Below, in pieces: positions 1-14,383 of a stretch of 64,000 bases of DNA (the stretch's first letter is position 1; each line of letters opens with the position of its first letter). Position numbers and translations under genes: made by a program. The stretch lies in assembly GCF_001194135.2 (NCBI RefSeq), contig NC_069003.1:33070697-33134696 (forward strand), written 5' to 3'. This DNA comes from Octopus bimaculoides. Taxonomy: Eukaryota. Under the pieces are notes generated by a model that worked only from the letters and a program-made list of their open reading frames with translations, did no database searches and was not told the origin of the DNA.

Positions 1-35
1 TCTCTCTCTCTCTCACTTCTACCATTTTACTCCAG

Positions 36-2222
36 GCAGGTGTCAGAAATCACAGGTTTACGCAAGGTGACAAGGTTTGTGGACATGGAACCCTATCCAG
101 GTAAGCATCTGCTAAACTTTTTATTTAGTTTTTCATTACATTTTTGCACAATTTAATTTTGTTGTCACTGTTACTACTCTTGTGTAACCCCCGACATTAG
201 CTGTCATCAAAGGGTTTTCCAACCTTTGATGACAGCTAATGTCGATAATAGGATGTAATTTGGTGAGAGTTGGCTGCTTTTTCTTGCAAGTCAAGGAACC
301 ACATGAGTGCTCGTTATTGTTGCTGATATGATGATGGTGGTGGTGTTGGTAGTAGTGACAATTATGAATTAATAACGACAATATTATATGATGATGAGTA
401 TAAATTTGAATACACAAGTAATTATCATCATCTAGCATAGAAAACAGATGTTAAACGATGATTATGATGATGATGATGATGATGATAATTACTTGTGTAT
501 TCAAATTTATACTCAAATTTGTCTCGGCAGCCTTCTGGCAGAACATTAAAGAACATCTGACCAAACATGAGGTGCAACGTTTCCTGCTGCTGAAGAGTAT
601 CAACACAGATATGGGCCGGGGTCGTGCCTGGTTACGGGCTTCCCTCAATGAACGCAGCCTGGAGCGTTATATGCACATGATTATCGAGAAAGATGACATT
701 TTAAGGTAACAACTTAACAGCCTTACATTGTTTGATTTCATTTGATTTGATTTCATTTCTTACTTTGGAGGCTTTGATTTTGTTAGTGTATTTTTTTCAG
801 TTTACGTGAAGGCAAGAGGCATGGTCATTAACGTATTGGGCTCACAATTGTCAGGCTGTGGGTTTGAATCCTAGACAGGGCAGCTCATTATATCCTTGAG
901 TAAGACATTTCCACAGTCCATTAAGCCTTTAGTGTTCGCATTATTCTGCCAAAATTAATGCTTTTTTACCCACATTCTTTTGAACTAATCATGCATTATC
1001 TTGTAGCTATGAGATTTTGATAAGGTAGCTGCTAATTTTTAAAACGATATTGTAGGGCTGGTGTGAGAGACCAGATCTGGCCAGTTTGAACATAAAACAG
1101 GCAGAATACTTTTGGCCGGATATGGCCGGTTTAAATGCTAAAGGGTTAAGAGCTGTTTGATCATTCATTCAAACTCTAGCATAAACTTTCTGTAAAATGT
1201 CATGAAAGATGAAATAATGTCAGTGTACAGCTAAGATAGGGAAATAAAAAGGTAGTTATCAACTGGGTTGGATCATTATCTCCATAACAAAAGAGAGGGC
1301 ATGTTAGATTTGTTCAAATGTGAAAGTAGTGTCGATCACCTTTTTTAATTTTTACTGGAAGGGTGATATTTCATGATACATTTGTTTTATATGGTCAGAG
1401 GGTCTGTAAAGAATTTGTAAAAGAAGAGCCCATGCTGCAGCACAGCACAATTACTCAGGCATCTCCTCTTATCTGTGAACTTTTGGCAAAGTACAAGATG
1501 GTTCTCATGCCTCAGTTGTCCTAATCTCTGGATTTGGAATTCTGCTGACTTTTCATTTCCATCCACCTTCTCCACCTACCACTCCTAAGATGGTAATGAG
1601 AGTAGAGTCTTCCAGAAGCAACTGTCATTAGACTTTCTGGCTGGATTCCCAACTATAACCAACTGAGACTATGAATATTATTCAACCGTCTCGTCCTTGG
1701 TCTACACATAGGTCTCTTGCTGTTCGGCTTGAAGAATCCATCTTGTGAGTCATTCCTGCAACATTCTAATGACATGCCTGTAATATCAGAGTTGTGTCCT
1801 CTCAAATGTGGACTTTTTTATTTTGTTTCCAAAATTGAAATCCTCACTGAAAGGTCGCCAATTCCAAATGTTTGAAGAAAATTCTGATTGAAGCAAATTT
1901 ACTACAAGAACTGTGCATTGCTCCTGAAAATGCAGACCAGGATGCATTCCAAAACTGGCAAAAACAAGGAATACTATATGAAGAGGAGAGCGGGTGGGTA
2001 GGGGGAATTTATTTTGATGGAGACAAGATTGATTAAATTGTAAATAAAGCAAAAACATTTGTTTTTTAGAAGTCCCATTCTTTTTTAGACAGACCTCATA
2101 CACAATCTAGAGATAATGTGTTCCTTTTTATCTTTCAGTCAATATTATGAAGATTGGTCCTTTCTTAGAGATCAAGAACGAAGCAGTATGCTACCCAATA
2201 TGGCAGCAGGTGAGCTATCATG

Positions 2223-2260
<38 letters not shown>

Positions 2261-4831
2261 GGCTGTGAGCTGGCAGAATCATTAACACACCTGACGCTAC
2301 ATTCTGAGTTCAAATTCTGCCAAGATCAACTTTGCCTTTCATCCTTTCAAGGTCGATAAAATGAGTACCAGTTGCATACTGGGGTCAATCTATTCGACTA
2401 ATCCCCTCCCCACAAATTTCTTTTGAAAGTTTAGAAATTCTTATGATGTCAACAACAGAGTTAAAGACTTTGGAAATATAATTAAAATATTTTTGTGGCT
2501 TTGCAGGGCTTGGTTCAATATTGTTTGCCTTGATAATTGACAATCCTGAAATAAATTCCCCCCTCAGTTCGGGGATACCACAAGCAATCACTGGGGAAAA
2601 GGTAAAACCTGAAAATAAAGCAGACATCAAACCAATCATATCAACCAATAAACCAACCGTTTGCGGTAAGTTCTATATTCTTGTCTTTTAATTGACCCAG
2701 CACCATATCTTGCTATCATATTTCTATGCCTTTTCTTTTTATTCCTATTTATATTTATTACAAGGGGATGAATAGCAATTTATTTACTGAACCATTATCC
2801 CCTTGTGTATTACTGGTATTTTCTTGAATTATACAAGGAAACTTGGAAGAATGAAATTCCTTCCTCCTCTGTTGGGAGGCACAAGCATTTTGGTACTCCT
2901 GGAGCTGATTTATCTATGTCCTAGAAGCCTGTGGCCTGGCATAGCCACAGTCCCATGGTTGTAACCAGTAGAAAGTATATGTTGTAGCAACAAACAAAGT
3001 TCTTTATTATTATTATGTAAATATATAACTTCCATCCACCCATTTTCTCTGCTCACCATTGCTTGAAGGGTTTGAGATAAGCATTTTTACCATTGCTATG
3101 TCAGATAACTGTATTAGTAACAGCGAACCAATGAGGAAGCCTCTACATGCTAGAAATAGCACCATTCCCTCCTATCATACTCTCTTAAGAACGGGAAAGA
3201 CACTGAATAATATTGTAGATGTATTATGTCTGAAGGGGACAGAGGGTATGGTCACAAACGGTAAGCTTTTTATCATTGGGCTATTTGATGAGGGTTCACC
3301 TGGGAGCTCAACAAAACAACATTAGCTTCAGTGAATGTAATCATCATCATCATCACCATCACCATTATCATCAGATATAGTAGCAACTTTAATAGTATTC
3401 TCAATACGATTGCCATCATCATCATCATCAACATAGTTTTCATCTTCATCTAATTGCAATTCCAGAAAGGAAGCGAGACCGAAAGAAAAAGAAGAAACTG
3501 CCTAATATAGTGACGTTCAGTGATGATGATGATCAAATCAGCTCCATCAGTTCGTCCCCCTGTTCCATACAGAACGACTCCTTTGACCTCCCCGCCAGAT
3601 CCAGTTTAGACTCTCCCAGCTACTTAACAACCAGAGACAGGCTACAGATGAATGGCTACGGACAGTCAGACTCAACTATTACAAACTTGGGCTCAGCTTC
3701 GGGCCTTGATGGCTCCACAGAGGACAAATCGAGCCCAAAGTCTTCGGGGAGACTCAACAACAACAATAGTCAGAGCAAAGACAGTTCATCAAAGGAGAAA
3801 TCAAAAACTGCTTCACCTTATCATAGCGATGAGACTGGTCTTGAGTTCAAATTTGGCAGGAAGCCTCTCTTAAAGGCAACGGACTCACAGTCGTCTTTTC
3901 TATCGGATGATATGGTGATAGATGATAACTACTCTGCCCCACTCTCATCGATTCACAGAAGACTTAGTCAAGGATCTGGGAGTTCTTTAGAGATGGACAG
4001 CAAGTAAGTTATATCCTTTTCTTATCTCTTTTTCATTCCTCTTAAATGTGTAGTGTGTCTGTCTATATATATGTTACTGTCTCTATGTGTTTGTGTTTAA
4101 TTTCTATGTATATCTGTGTGTGTGAGGTAAATTAGCATGTGTCTATGCATCAGTGATTTTGTGTGACTGATCATGTGTGTAAGAGCATTTAGATATGTGC
4201 CTGTTCATTTCTGTGTGTTTCTATATCTGTTTATCTGTATCCATGTCTGTGGGTATATAACTGTATATCTGTGTGTATGTCTGTCCATATTTGTGTCCAT
4301 AAGAACATCACATGGCCAAATGGTTAACAAGTTCACCACTGGAAGTGGGATGGTGAACATTCAACTCTGAAAGAAAAATCAGACAGTGTCTCAACTGTGT
4401 GTGTGTGTACAAAGGAAGTATGTGAATGCTTGTACGTGAGAACTAGAATTCTTTCAGTAACAAACGATGATACACCAGGCAACCGCTAGATTACATTGAC
4501 AAGTGTATTAATTTGATTTACCATCCATATTCATAAATAGAATACTAAAATTAGCCGTCATTTTTTACAGCATACGGCCAGCTAGTAATAATAATAATGA
4601 TGATGATAAAAAACTTCTTTTGACTAGATACATTTTGCCATAGTTAATCTTCATCATCTAACAATATTCTTATAAATTATTATTTTTTAGTTACTGTAAA
4701 GATCTGTTGATTCCAGTTACTCTGAGTGGAGTTGGTGCACAAACAAATAAACAAGAATCTAGTCAGCAAGGTAAGTTGGTGGAGTAAGATACAGGATTCC
4801 TGTTGTCAAGGAAACGGAAAATTACTCCATA

Positions 4832-4875
<44 letters not shown>

Positions 4876-6834
4876 CACACACACATGCAAAAAGCACCTG
4901 TGCTGGTGCCACATGATAAGCAACCACTCTATTCACTCTGCAAAGTGGTTGGCATTAGGGTGAGCATCCAGCCATAGAAACCAAGCCAAAGCAGATGACT
5001 GGACCCTGGGGCAGTTCTCCAGCTTACCAGCTCTGGTCAAACTGTCCAACCCATGCCAGCATGGAAAACGGATTTTTAATGATGATGACAAGAGTTGGCA
5101 CGTAAATAGCACCATTTGAGCGTGATCATTACCAACGTCGCCTTCCTGGCACGTGAAAAGACATTCAAGCGAGATCGTTGCCAGTGCCCCTGGACTGGCT
5201 CCTGTGCAGGTGGCACGTAAAATACACCATTTCGAGCGTGGCCATTGCCAGTACCGCCTGACTGGCCTTTGTGACGGTGGCGCGTAAAAGCACCCACTAC
5301 ACTCTCGGAGTGGTTGGCGTTAGGAAGGGCATCCAGCTGTAGAAACTCTGCCAAATCAGATTGGAGCCTGGTGTAGCCATCTGGTTCGCCAGTCCTCAGT
5401 CAAATCGTCCAACCCATGCCAGCATGGAAAGCGGACGTTAAATGATGATGATGATGATGAGACCAGGGCCCTACAAAATCTTAATCCAGCTCTGAGTACA
5501 ATCCATTGCTGTAGGCAATGCAAGCATCAAATAATTAAAGACTACTTTGTGAGTTTACATTATTCTCTCAATCCATCTGTGTCTCTGTCTTCCAGCCTCT
5601 CTCTCTCTCTCTCTCTCCCAGCCGACCCAATCTTGTGCAGTATATACTGAATGTTTTTTTTTCTGTCTTTATCCATTTTCTGTCCCCCAGACGATTACAA
5701 AATCTATTCTAATTCTGATGTGGCATCAGCAGCTTTTGCATTAGCTCAGGCCCAGAAGAGCAACAACAACAACAACAGCAGTAGCAGTGGTTGTAGCAGT
5801 GGTAGCAGCAGCAGCAGTAGCAATATCAACAACAGCTGGTTAGTATAAAACACATTATTGATATCATTGTTGTCGTTCTTCTTCTTCTTATTATTATTAT
5901 CATATTATTAAGATTAGCAAGTTGGGCAAAAATGCTTAGCGGCATTTTATCTGTCTTTATGTTCTGGGTTCAAATTCTGCTGAGGTCAACTTTGCCTTTC
6001 ATCCTTTTGGGGCTCGGTAAAATAAGTACCTGTTATTATTAATATCTGTATTAAAGTGGCAGGCTGGCAGAATCATTAGCATGCCAGAGAAAATGTTTTA
6101 TGTTGTGAGTTCAAATTCTGCCGAAGGTGACTTTGCCTTTCATCCTTTCGGGTTTAATAAAATAAGTACAAGTTGAGCACTGGGGTTGATGTAATCATCT
6201 ATCCCCCTTCCCACAAAATTTCAGGCCTTGTGCCTATTATTATTATTATTTTTATTAAGGCGGTGAATTCAAATTCATCCTTTCGGGCTTGATAAATTAA
6301 GTACCAGTTGCCAACTGGGGTCAATCTAATTAACTGGCCCCCTCCCCACAAATTTCAAGCCTTGTGCCTATAGTAGAAAGGATTATTATTATTATTATTG
6401 TTATTATTTATCTATTTATTTATCTTAATTTATGCCTTTATTTTTTTCTATAGCCAAAGTTACAGGACTGAAGGTGATGGTGGTAATGTACAGCAAGACA
6501 CGCACAATGAAATGACTACTAGTAAGTTTAAGACATCCCCTTTTTTTATGTGTGCTGTTGTTTGTTTAACTTCATCCTATCCCAACCAATCAACCCTGAT
6601 CAATGAAGGTTGGTTTTATTGTAAATAAAAGGGAGTGAGAGATAGAGAATAGTTGAAAATGAAGGGTTATTTTCACTTAACTTATATTAAGCAAAGGCAT
6701 CATGGTTACATAGTCTCAAACACAAGTGGGGTTTAAAATTTCCTACAACTGTTTCGGTAGCATTTTATTATTTTATTGATGCAATAAGGCAGTGAGCTGG
6801 CAGAATCGTTAGCACATCGAGCAAAATGCTTAGG

Positions 6835-6905
<71 letters not shown>

Positions 6906-9900
6906 TCCTGTAATTATGTAAAAATAAACCTGTCAGTATCACACATTTCTATTTATCACTGTCTATATATTGATGTCAGGAGAGATAGACTGTAAAAACA
7001 AGTATCACTGATTTTGTTTATGGTAAGAGTTATGCCTGTGGCCACTTTCAATTCCCACCGACAGTTCTTACATTATTCTAACTGAATGCATCGGTAATGC
7101 CTTTCATATAAATCAAAAAAACCTGCACGAATTTCACACAATCTCATTTCCCTCTCTGCTAACCTCCAATGAATGTGACACCTTCGGCTTATGTCTTTAT
7201 TTCATAATCCTTTATTTCTCCTGTTAGTTATGCATTTATTTTCTCATTTCGTTTCTTTCTGCTTGTAGGTGAACTAAAGAAAGCTATAGTGACAATGATG
7301 GTTCGCAAAGACCACGTGGAAGAACAAAACAGGTTTCTAGATTTAAATTTAGTTCTATTTTCTCTTTGAGTCTTAATAGTGTTGCTGTTACTGTTTGTCA
7401 CTTTATGCACCAGATGATGTGCAATACAAGCATCCTTTTTATGCACATTTTGTCAAAGGACCTTTTCTGTTTGGCTGCAGCTGTGAAAATTACAAAGTTT
7501 ATTGAATATTTTAAAATTTCATGTATTAACGTAGTTTTCCAAGCTGAATCTCTGGAGATATTTCACTCTTTCCAGAAGATCTTTTAAAAAAAGTTATAGA
7601 GGTTCAAATTCTGCCGAGGTTGACTTTACCTTTCATCCTTTTGGGGTTGATAAATTAAGTACTTGTTGTGTACTGGGTTCAATCTAATCGACTGGTCCCC
7701 TTCCCAAAAATTTTCGGGCCTTGTGCCTAGAGTAAAAAAAAAAAAAGAACGATGTTCGGTCAAATAGATCCCAGCCACAGTACACTTCAGTTCGGAAGTT
7801 TGTTCTTTTTGTTCTTCTCTTACAACTTCTTTCATGGATTTGTTTTGTTGGAATATTTGAGGCCGAGCACTACATACCAATGAAGCACTCCTCAACGATG
7901 TTGTACCCCTCCTACCTTCAACAATAAATTACACTGCCTTCTTTCCATATATATGTGTGTGTGTGTGTATACATATAAACACACACACACATACACACAC
8001 ATACATACATACATAGATTAATAGTATTCCAATCTTGGTATCGATTAATACCTAAAATAAATACAAACACAGGAATTCACTATAGTTTTTAATAAATTAC
8101 TTTAAAAAATCCTGACAATATTCATTTGGTCTGGAAATGGTGATGCAACAAGATTTGGAAAGGTAGTGGTGATGTTTGAATGTTTACACTACATGTTTAC
8201 ACCAATACTATGTGGACTTGTATACCAGAAAATGCATTATGTACTGTGTACCATATATGATACACAGAACAGGCAAAGGGGTTAATATGTTTGTTTTATG
8301 TATAATTACAGATCATTACAACAGCTACTTTCACAAGAGAAAGAAACTTGTCTATCTGTCCGAGCTGAAGTCAGTGACCTAGAGAAAAAGATGGCTGTTT
8401 TACAGGAGAAGGACAACAGTAAAATACAGTCACTTCAGAAGTAAGTCACATAAAGTGTAATGTCTTATGGGACACACTTGGATAGGTCCCTACCTGTATT
8501 TGAATTTATGTTGATTGTAAGAAGCACCATCCAAATGTGGTTGATGCCAGTGCCCCCCCTGACTGGTTCCCATGCCAGTGGCATGTAAAAAGCACTATCT
8601 GAACATGATTGGTGCCAGGTCCACTTAACTGACCCCTGTGGCAGTGGCATGTAAAAAGCACCCACTACACTCTTGGAGCGGTTGGCATTGCCAGATCAGA
8701 TTTATTGTTAATTTTAAAATGGGATATATGGGTGTGATGGTTTCACAGGAACCGGCCAGACAGAAGCCTGCACCAGACTTCTGTGACTGTTTTAGCAGGA
8801 TTTTCAACAACTGGATGCTCTTCCTAACACCAACCACTCAGCAGAGTGGGACTTAGTGCTTTTTACATGGCACAAGCACTATAAATATATATATATATAT
8901 ATATANNNNNNNNNNNNNNNNNNNNNNNNNNNNNNNNNNNNNNNNNNNNNNNNNNNNNNNNNNNNNNNNNNNNNNNNNNNNNNNNNNNNNNNNNNNNNNN
9001 NNNNNNNNNNNNNNNNNNNNNNNNNNNNNNTATGTATAAATATAAAATATCATATATGTTAAGAGCCTCTTTGCCTTTATTATTACGTCTATAAAATATT
9101 GGGCTATGAATCTGTTTTCAGAGAGAACGAACTACTGAGACACCAGCTAAAGAAATATGTCAATGCAGTTCAGTTGCTGAGGAAGGAAGGCACCAAGGCA
9201 GAAGGTAGGCATTTGCATCTTAGAATCTTAAAATCATTACATTCACTTCTTTTTGCTTCATCATTGGTCTATCCATTATAGACCTTCTAATAAATCCCCT
9301 TTCTGGTTATTTGGTTACCCCACCACCACCACCATCATTACCATACCTGTAACCTCACTCCCTACTCTTTGCTACCATCAACATTTAAGACAAAAAACAA
9401 GTTTCTCTCTCTCCCTGTGGCAAGTAGATTTTTGTAAATTTCTACACTTCCTGTATTTCCTGGTATTCAGAATTTTACAGACCAAAAAGGGATGGTGTCT
9501 GAATAATGTTTACACTGTATATTATGGTGATTTGTATGCTGGAAAATACTACATGTTTGCATGAGCTAATGAAGGAAACTTCTACATGGTCACTAGATCT
9601 GCAAGAAATAGCAGCTTTCAAATTGCACCCTTCCATCTTACCTTTGAACATATCATGTTTTCAGGCATACAAGTTGAATTATGTTTGACAGAGTAATCTG
9701 GATGCTAAAGGGTTGAATACTCTATATGGTTTGCCTTTGTGAAATAGAGACAAACAGACAGATCCTTTGTGTGTGTGTGTGTGTGTGTATATGGATATCA
9801 TCACCATCATCATCAACATCATCACTTAACCTCCATCTTCCATGCTGGCATGGGTTAGATGGTTTGACAGGAGGTGACTTGGCAGAAGACTGCACAAAGC

Positions 9901-12900
9901 TTCACTGTCTGTTTTGAAGCCTGGTGCAGTCTTCATGTATGTATACAGATGACTTGTAATTTGCTTACATATATATATATGTGTGTGTGTATATCTTGTA
10001 ACCTTTTTGCAGGATCCCTCGGCATCCACTTAGACGAGTTACAGCCAGTTATTCCACCACCAAAGTCGAGCATAGATTACAGTCATGAAGCTTCAGAATA
10101 TGAGAAGAAATTGATTCAAGTAAGTTGGGGGTATTTGTTCCGACTCTTTACATGCTGAGTTCTTGCTAAGGTCAACTTTATCTTTCATCCTTGTAAGGGA
10201 GTTGATAAAACAAAGGGCCAGTCAAGTACTGGGCACAGTTCTTCAATCAATTAACCTCTTACCAGCCAATTTCTAGCCTCTTGTGCCTACATTTAGGCTA
10301 ACTATTGTTGTTGATAAGGCAGTGATGAAGGTACATGGATCAGTGGTTAGAGCATCAGTCTCACACTCATGAGGTAGTGAGTTCAATTCTTGGACCAGGC
10401 TATGTGTTGTGCTCTTGAACAAGACACTTTATTTCATGTTGCTTCAGTTCATTCAGCTGCAGAAATGAGTCGCTACAACACTGGTGTCAAGCTGTATCAG
10501 CCTTTATCTTTCCCTCGGATAGTATCGGTGGTGTAGAGAGGGGAGGCTGGTATGCATAGGAGACTGCCGGTCTTCCATAAAACAACTTCCTAGGCGCAAT
10601 CCTATGGTCATTCATGACCAAAGAGGGTCTTTACCCTCTACTCTATGTACATATAATGGCATAGAGAGGCTGGCCCCTTTGAAATACTGGTACAACAGAA
10701 ACAGGAAGTAAGAGTGAGAGAAAGTTGTGGTGAAAGAGTACAGCAGGGTTCGCCACCACCCTCTGCCAGAGCCTCGTGGAGCTTTAGGTGTTTTTGCTCA
10801 ATAAACACTCACAATGCCCAGTCTGGGAATTGAAACTGCGATCCTGGGTCATTGCACCTCCACTGTGCCTATAGTAGAAAGAATAGAAAGTGTTGTTGTT
10901 GTTATTGTTTTAAATTTTCATATTCATTATTTATTCTCTTTCTCTCTCTATTTATCTCTTTCTCTCTCTATTTATCTCTTTCTCTCTCTCTCTCTCTCTC
11001 ACAGGTAGCTGAAATGCATGGTGAGCTGATAGAGTTCAATGAAGCTTTACATCGAACCATCCAGTTGAAAGATGCCCTCATCAAACAGCTACGGCAGGAA
11101 CTGATTAGTCTACATGGACCGGTCTGTACCGTTTGCTCTTTCCTCATCAATAAATTTACATGGACATGCATGTGTCGTTTTCAAGTTCTCCTCTCGTGGG
11201 TTTATATATCTTGGAGAAAAACGGGGCTCAACCCACCTGACTTTCTCATTAGATACGAAGTATCGTGTGGTGTTCCAACAACCTAATGGCTTAGTTGGTG
11301 TGGGGTGAAGGGGGGGNNNNNNNNNNNNNNNNGGTAGGAGGTGGTGGGGGGAGAAAAATAAAACAGAAAAGTTTGTTTTCATAAGACAGTAAACTCACAA
11401 CACCAAATGAGGCCTTTGTTTGCAAACCAGCAGACACACATATGGGAGAAATACAAACTCACTCACATTTGTGCACACACACACACACACATATTGTTTG
11501 TGTTTACATCAAGTTATATTCTCATTGTCATCATTATCATCATTTCATATCCTTTTTCCAATACGGTCATGGGTTGCACAGTTTAACAAAAACAAACAAG
11601 CCAGGTGGTTCTACCAGGTTCTATGTCTGCTTCGACGTGGTCTCTACAGCTGTATGCCCTTCCTACTACCAACCTGTTAACACAATGTTCTGAGTGCTTT
11701 TTCCATGGCACCAAAACACACATCTTTTTATGCTTAGTTGTCCCATCAGTTGGCCTGTAACTCTTCACTCAAGTTGATTTATTATGTCTGATATATTTAA
11801 TATATATCCCTTTGACATTGTTGTCTTCTTTGTTCCTGTCTCTAACAGTTACCGGATGAAGGGCCTTCTTATAGTGATTGTGTCTCCTTAGATGTAGACA
11901 AGTAAGTAGTTTTCTTTGTATGCATTTCTTTTTCTTTTTTTTTTTTGATGAAACATTCCTAAAAATTACAAATGATCTAATTATAAATCTCACAGAGAGA
12001 ATTAAGCAGCAGTGTTACGATAAAGCAGTTGTGTACTGACAACTCAATGTGACAGTCCCAATAAGGGAATCATACTGCTGCTATTTAGCCCTAGGAAGCT
12101 GGACCGCTTCCTGTCAGCCTTGACACATTTCCTGTGTCCTTATATTTGCGAGGGGGAGACAAGCACCCCCACCCAGCTCAGTGTGCATTCAGGGACATAT
12201 TTCTGAGTCATTGCTCATCATCAGATAGACAGACAGACAGACAGATATAGAGAGAGATAGATAGATAGACAGACAGATATAGAGAGAGATGGATAGATAG
12301 ATAGACAGATATAGATAGACATGGATAGATAGATAGACAGATAGACAGATATAGATAGAGATAGACAGATATAGATAGACATGGATAGATAGATAGACAG
12401 ATATAGAGAGAGAGAGATAGATGGACAGACAGATATAGAGAGAGATAGATAGATAGATAGACAGATATAGAGAGAGATAGACAGATAGATAGACAGATAT
12501 AGAGAGAGATAGACAGATAGATAGACAGATATAGAGAGAGATAGATAGATAGATAGACAGATATAGAGAGAGATAGACAGATAGATAGACAGATATAGAG
12601 AGAGATAGATAGATAGACAGACAGATATAGAGAGAGATAGACAGATATAGATAGACATGGATAGATAGATAGACAGATATAGATAGAGATAGATAGATAG
12701 ACAGATATAGAGAGAGATAGATAGACAGATAGATAGCTAGACAGACAGATATAGATAGAGATAGATAGATAGACAGACAGATATAGATAGACATGGATAG
12801 ATAGATAGATAGATAGATAGATATATAGACAGATATAGATAGAGATAGTTATGCATGCATATATATAATGTTTATGAGTATGATCCCTCCTGTCTACAAT

Positions 12901-14383
12901 GGCAACGAGAAACTCTGAGTAATGTTTTATGAAGATTTCTTTGGCTTTTCTATTATACAGTCTAACCATCACACCCAGAAACCTTGTACATGTTTGGATT
13001 CCATCTGCATTTTTACGTGGCTTATCATCAGATACTTATCATGTTTACCAGGTAAATGAAGTTTCTTTCTCGTCAAAGTACCACACTTTCATTTGTTTCC
13101 TTTGGCTTTTCCAACGATGACAACAAAATAAACATCAACCCAGCCATGAAAACTTGGGCAAAATGATTGCAAACACATCAGGCTCCGTCTCTGTCTACCA
13201 ACTCCAATCACAAGGTTTTGATGTCCTTCCTAAAATGCCAACCACTTTACAGAGTGTATGAAACAAATGAACAAACAAACAAACACATATATCCTTACAA
13301 GCATTTACAAATTAATTGCCAAAAGAAATCAATTTGATTTCAATGAATAAGGTGACTAAATTTCTATTTTGCAAACCGTGTAGACGTGTTTGTATACACA
13401 CTGGATATACATCTCTGATTTAGGTATTGATTTTATATTGATTTTAATAATTAATTTACAACATGTGTAGATAAATCTCTTCCTTTTTCTTCCAGGTCTA
13501 CATCAGAATTCAAGATGAAGAATGGAATGTGTATAGACGTTATCGGCAATTTTATGTGTTCTACTCCAAACTGAAGAAAAAATATCCCATTTTGGGCCAA
13601 TTTAATTTTCCATCTAAAGTTAGGGTCGGTTACAAGGTAATAATTTATTATGGTTTTTTAAAGTTGTCATTTTTAAGTGTATCTCTATTTTAAGTAGAAT
13701 TTAAGTAGATTTTAAGTAGAATTTAGGGCCAGTACTCAAAGTTACAACATTTCGTATACAAATATGTCTATGTAAACAATGCAATGGAAGATAGAAAAAT
13801 AGTACTGGTTTTGATGGTATTGACTCATCCATTCCTCTAGAAATTACTGGCCTTGTGCCTAAATTACCAAATTTGGAGACCTATAAAATTCACAAGAGCA
13901 TAGGATGCAGCCTAGCCTAGGCTATACTGTTGTAAAATAAATTAACACTAAAATAATGGCAGAATTGTCAGCATGCTGGATGAAATGCTTAGTGGTATTT
14001 TGCCCATTGCTACGTTCTGAGTTCAATTTCCGGCGAGGTCAACTTTGCCTTTCGTCCTTTCAGGGTCGATAAATTAAGTACCAGTTAAACACTGGGATCA
14101 ATATAATTGACTAGCCCTCTCTCCCACAAAACTTCAGGCCTTGTGTCTATAGTAAAAAGGATTATTATTATCATTATTAATTAATTAAATAAATAATAAA
14201 ATAATTAATAATGTACTGCTATTTTTTATTTATTTATCGGTAGGACCCGCGTGTTGTTGAGACAAGACGGATGCGGTTTCAAGCCTTCCTTCGAAAGGTT
14301 ATAAGCTGTGTGATTGAAAACTCAACAGAGATTACAGGAACCATCACCAAACAGACTGTGTTACAGTATCTGCCATTCTTTGG
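36..14383 (+). CDS. SNX29: Sorting nexin-29 (RUN + coiled coil + PX domain), partial: 5' end outside window, terminal exon not located
   Basis: Exons with AG/GT boundaries and consistent phases: 36-100, 531-705, 2139-2209, 2507-2665, 3466-4003, 4691-4770, 5691-5838, 6454-6521, 7269-7332, 8312-8440, 9122-9204, 10013-10119, 11005-11121, 11849-11901, 12961-13051, 13496-13636, 14244-14383. RUN domain: [17 protein letters not shown]...[24 protein letters not shown]...[29 protein letters not shown]. Coiled coil: [52 protein letters not shown] domain: [10 protein letters not shown]...[20 protein letters not shown]. All closely match human SNX29 as I recall it. Confidence 0.95.
921..1149. mobile_element. 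piggyBac-like MITE family 1 (TTAA-CCCTTTAG termini)
   Basis: Left TTAAGCCTTTAG and right CTAAAGGGTTAA. Copies or fragments at about 9560-9715, 20100-20254, 33240-33445, 40444-40644, 42961-43175, 44805-45090 and 58140-58200. Confidence 0.75.
5095..5460 (+). mobile_element. SINE family B (3' end AACCCATGCCAGCATGGAAAGCGGACGTTAAA(TGA)n) with internal tandem repeats
   Basis: Highly similar copies at about 25614-25772 (+), 53722-53878 (-), 59745-59895 (-) and 32505-32690 (-). More diverged copies at about 4900-5085, 8500-8880, 9805-9930, 16710-16820, 25160-25335, 36740-36945, 40745-40940, 48414-48550, 48746-48873 and 57660-57870. The (TGA)n tail is typical of RTE-mobilised elements (inference). 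Confidence 0.85.
10325..10640 (+). mobile_element. tRNA-derived SINE family D
   Basis: Head CAGTGGTTAGAGC...GAGTTCAATTC, then CTTGAACAAGACACTTTATTTCATGTTGCTTCAGTTCATTCAGCTG. Related copies at about 820-910 (+), 18840-18960 (-) and 31000-31290 (-). Confidence 0.7.
12222..12848. repeat. Compound (GATA/GACA/GAGA) satellite with 24-28 bp higher-order units
   Basis: Recurring ATAGATAGACAGATATAGAGAGAG units, with GACATGGATA variants interspersed. This explains the spurious SIYLSL ORFs in the track. Confidence 0.95.

Noticed and set aside
12189-12972. Long ORFs (201, 254, 145 aa) on the minus strand
   Set aside because: They are translations of the GATA/GACA satellite.
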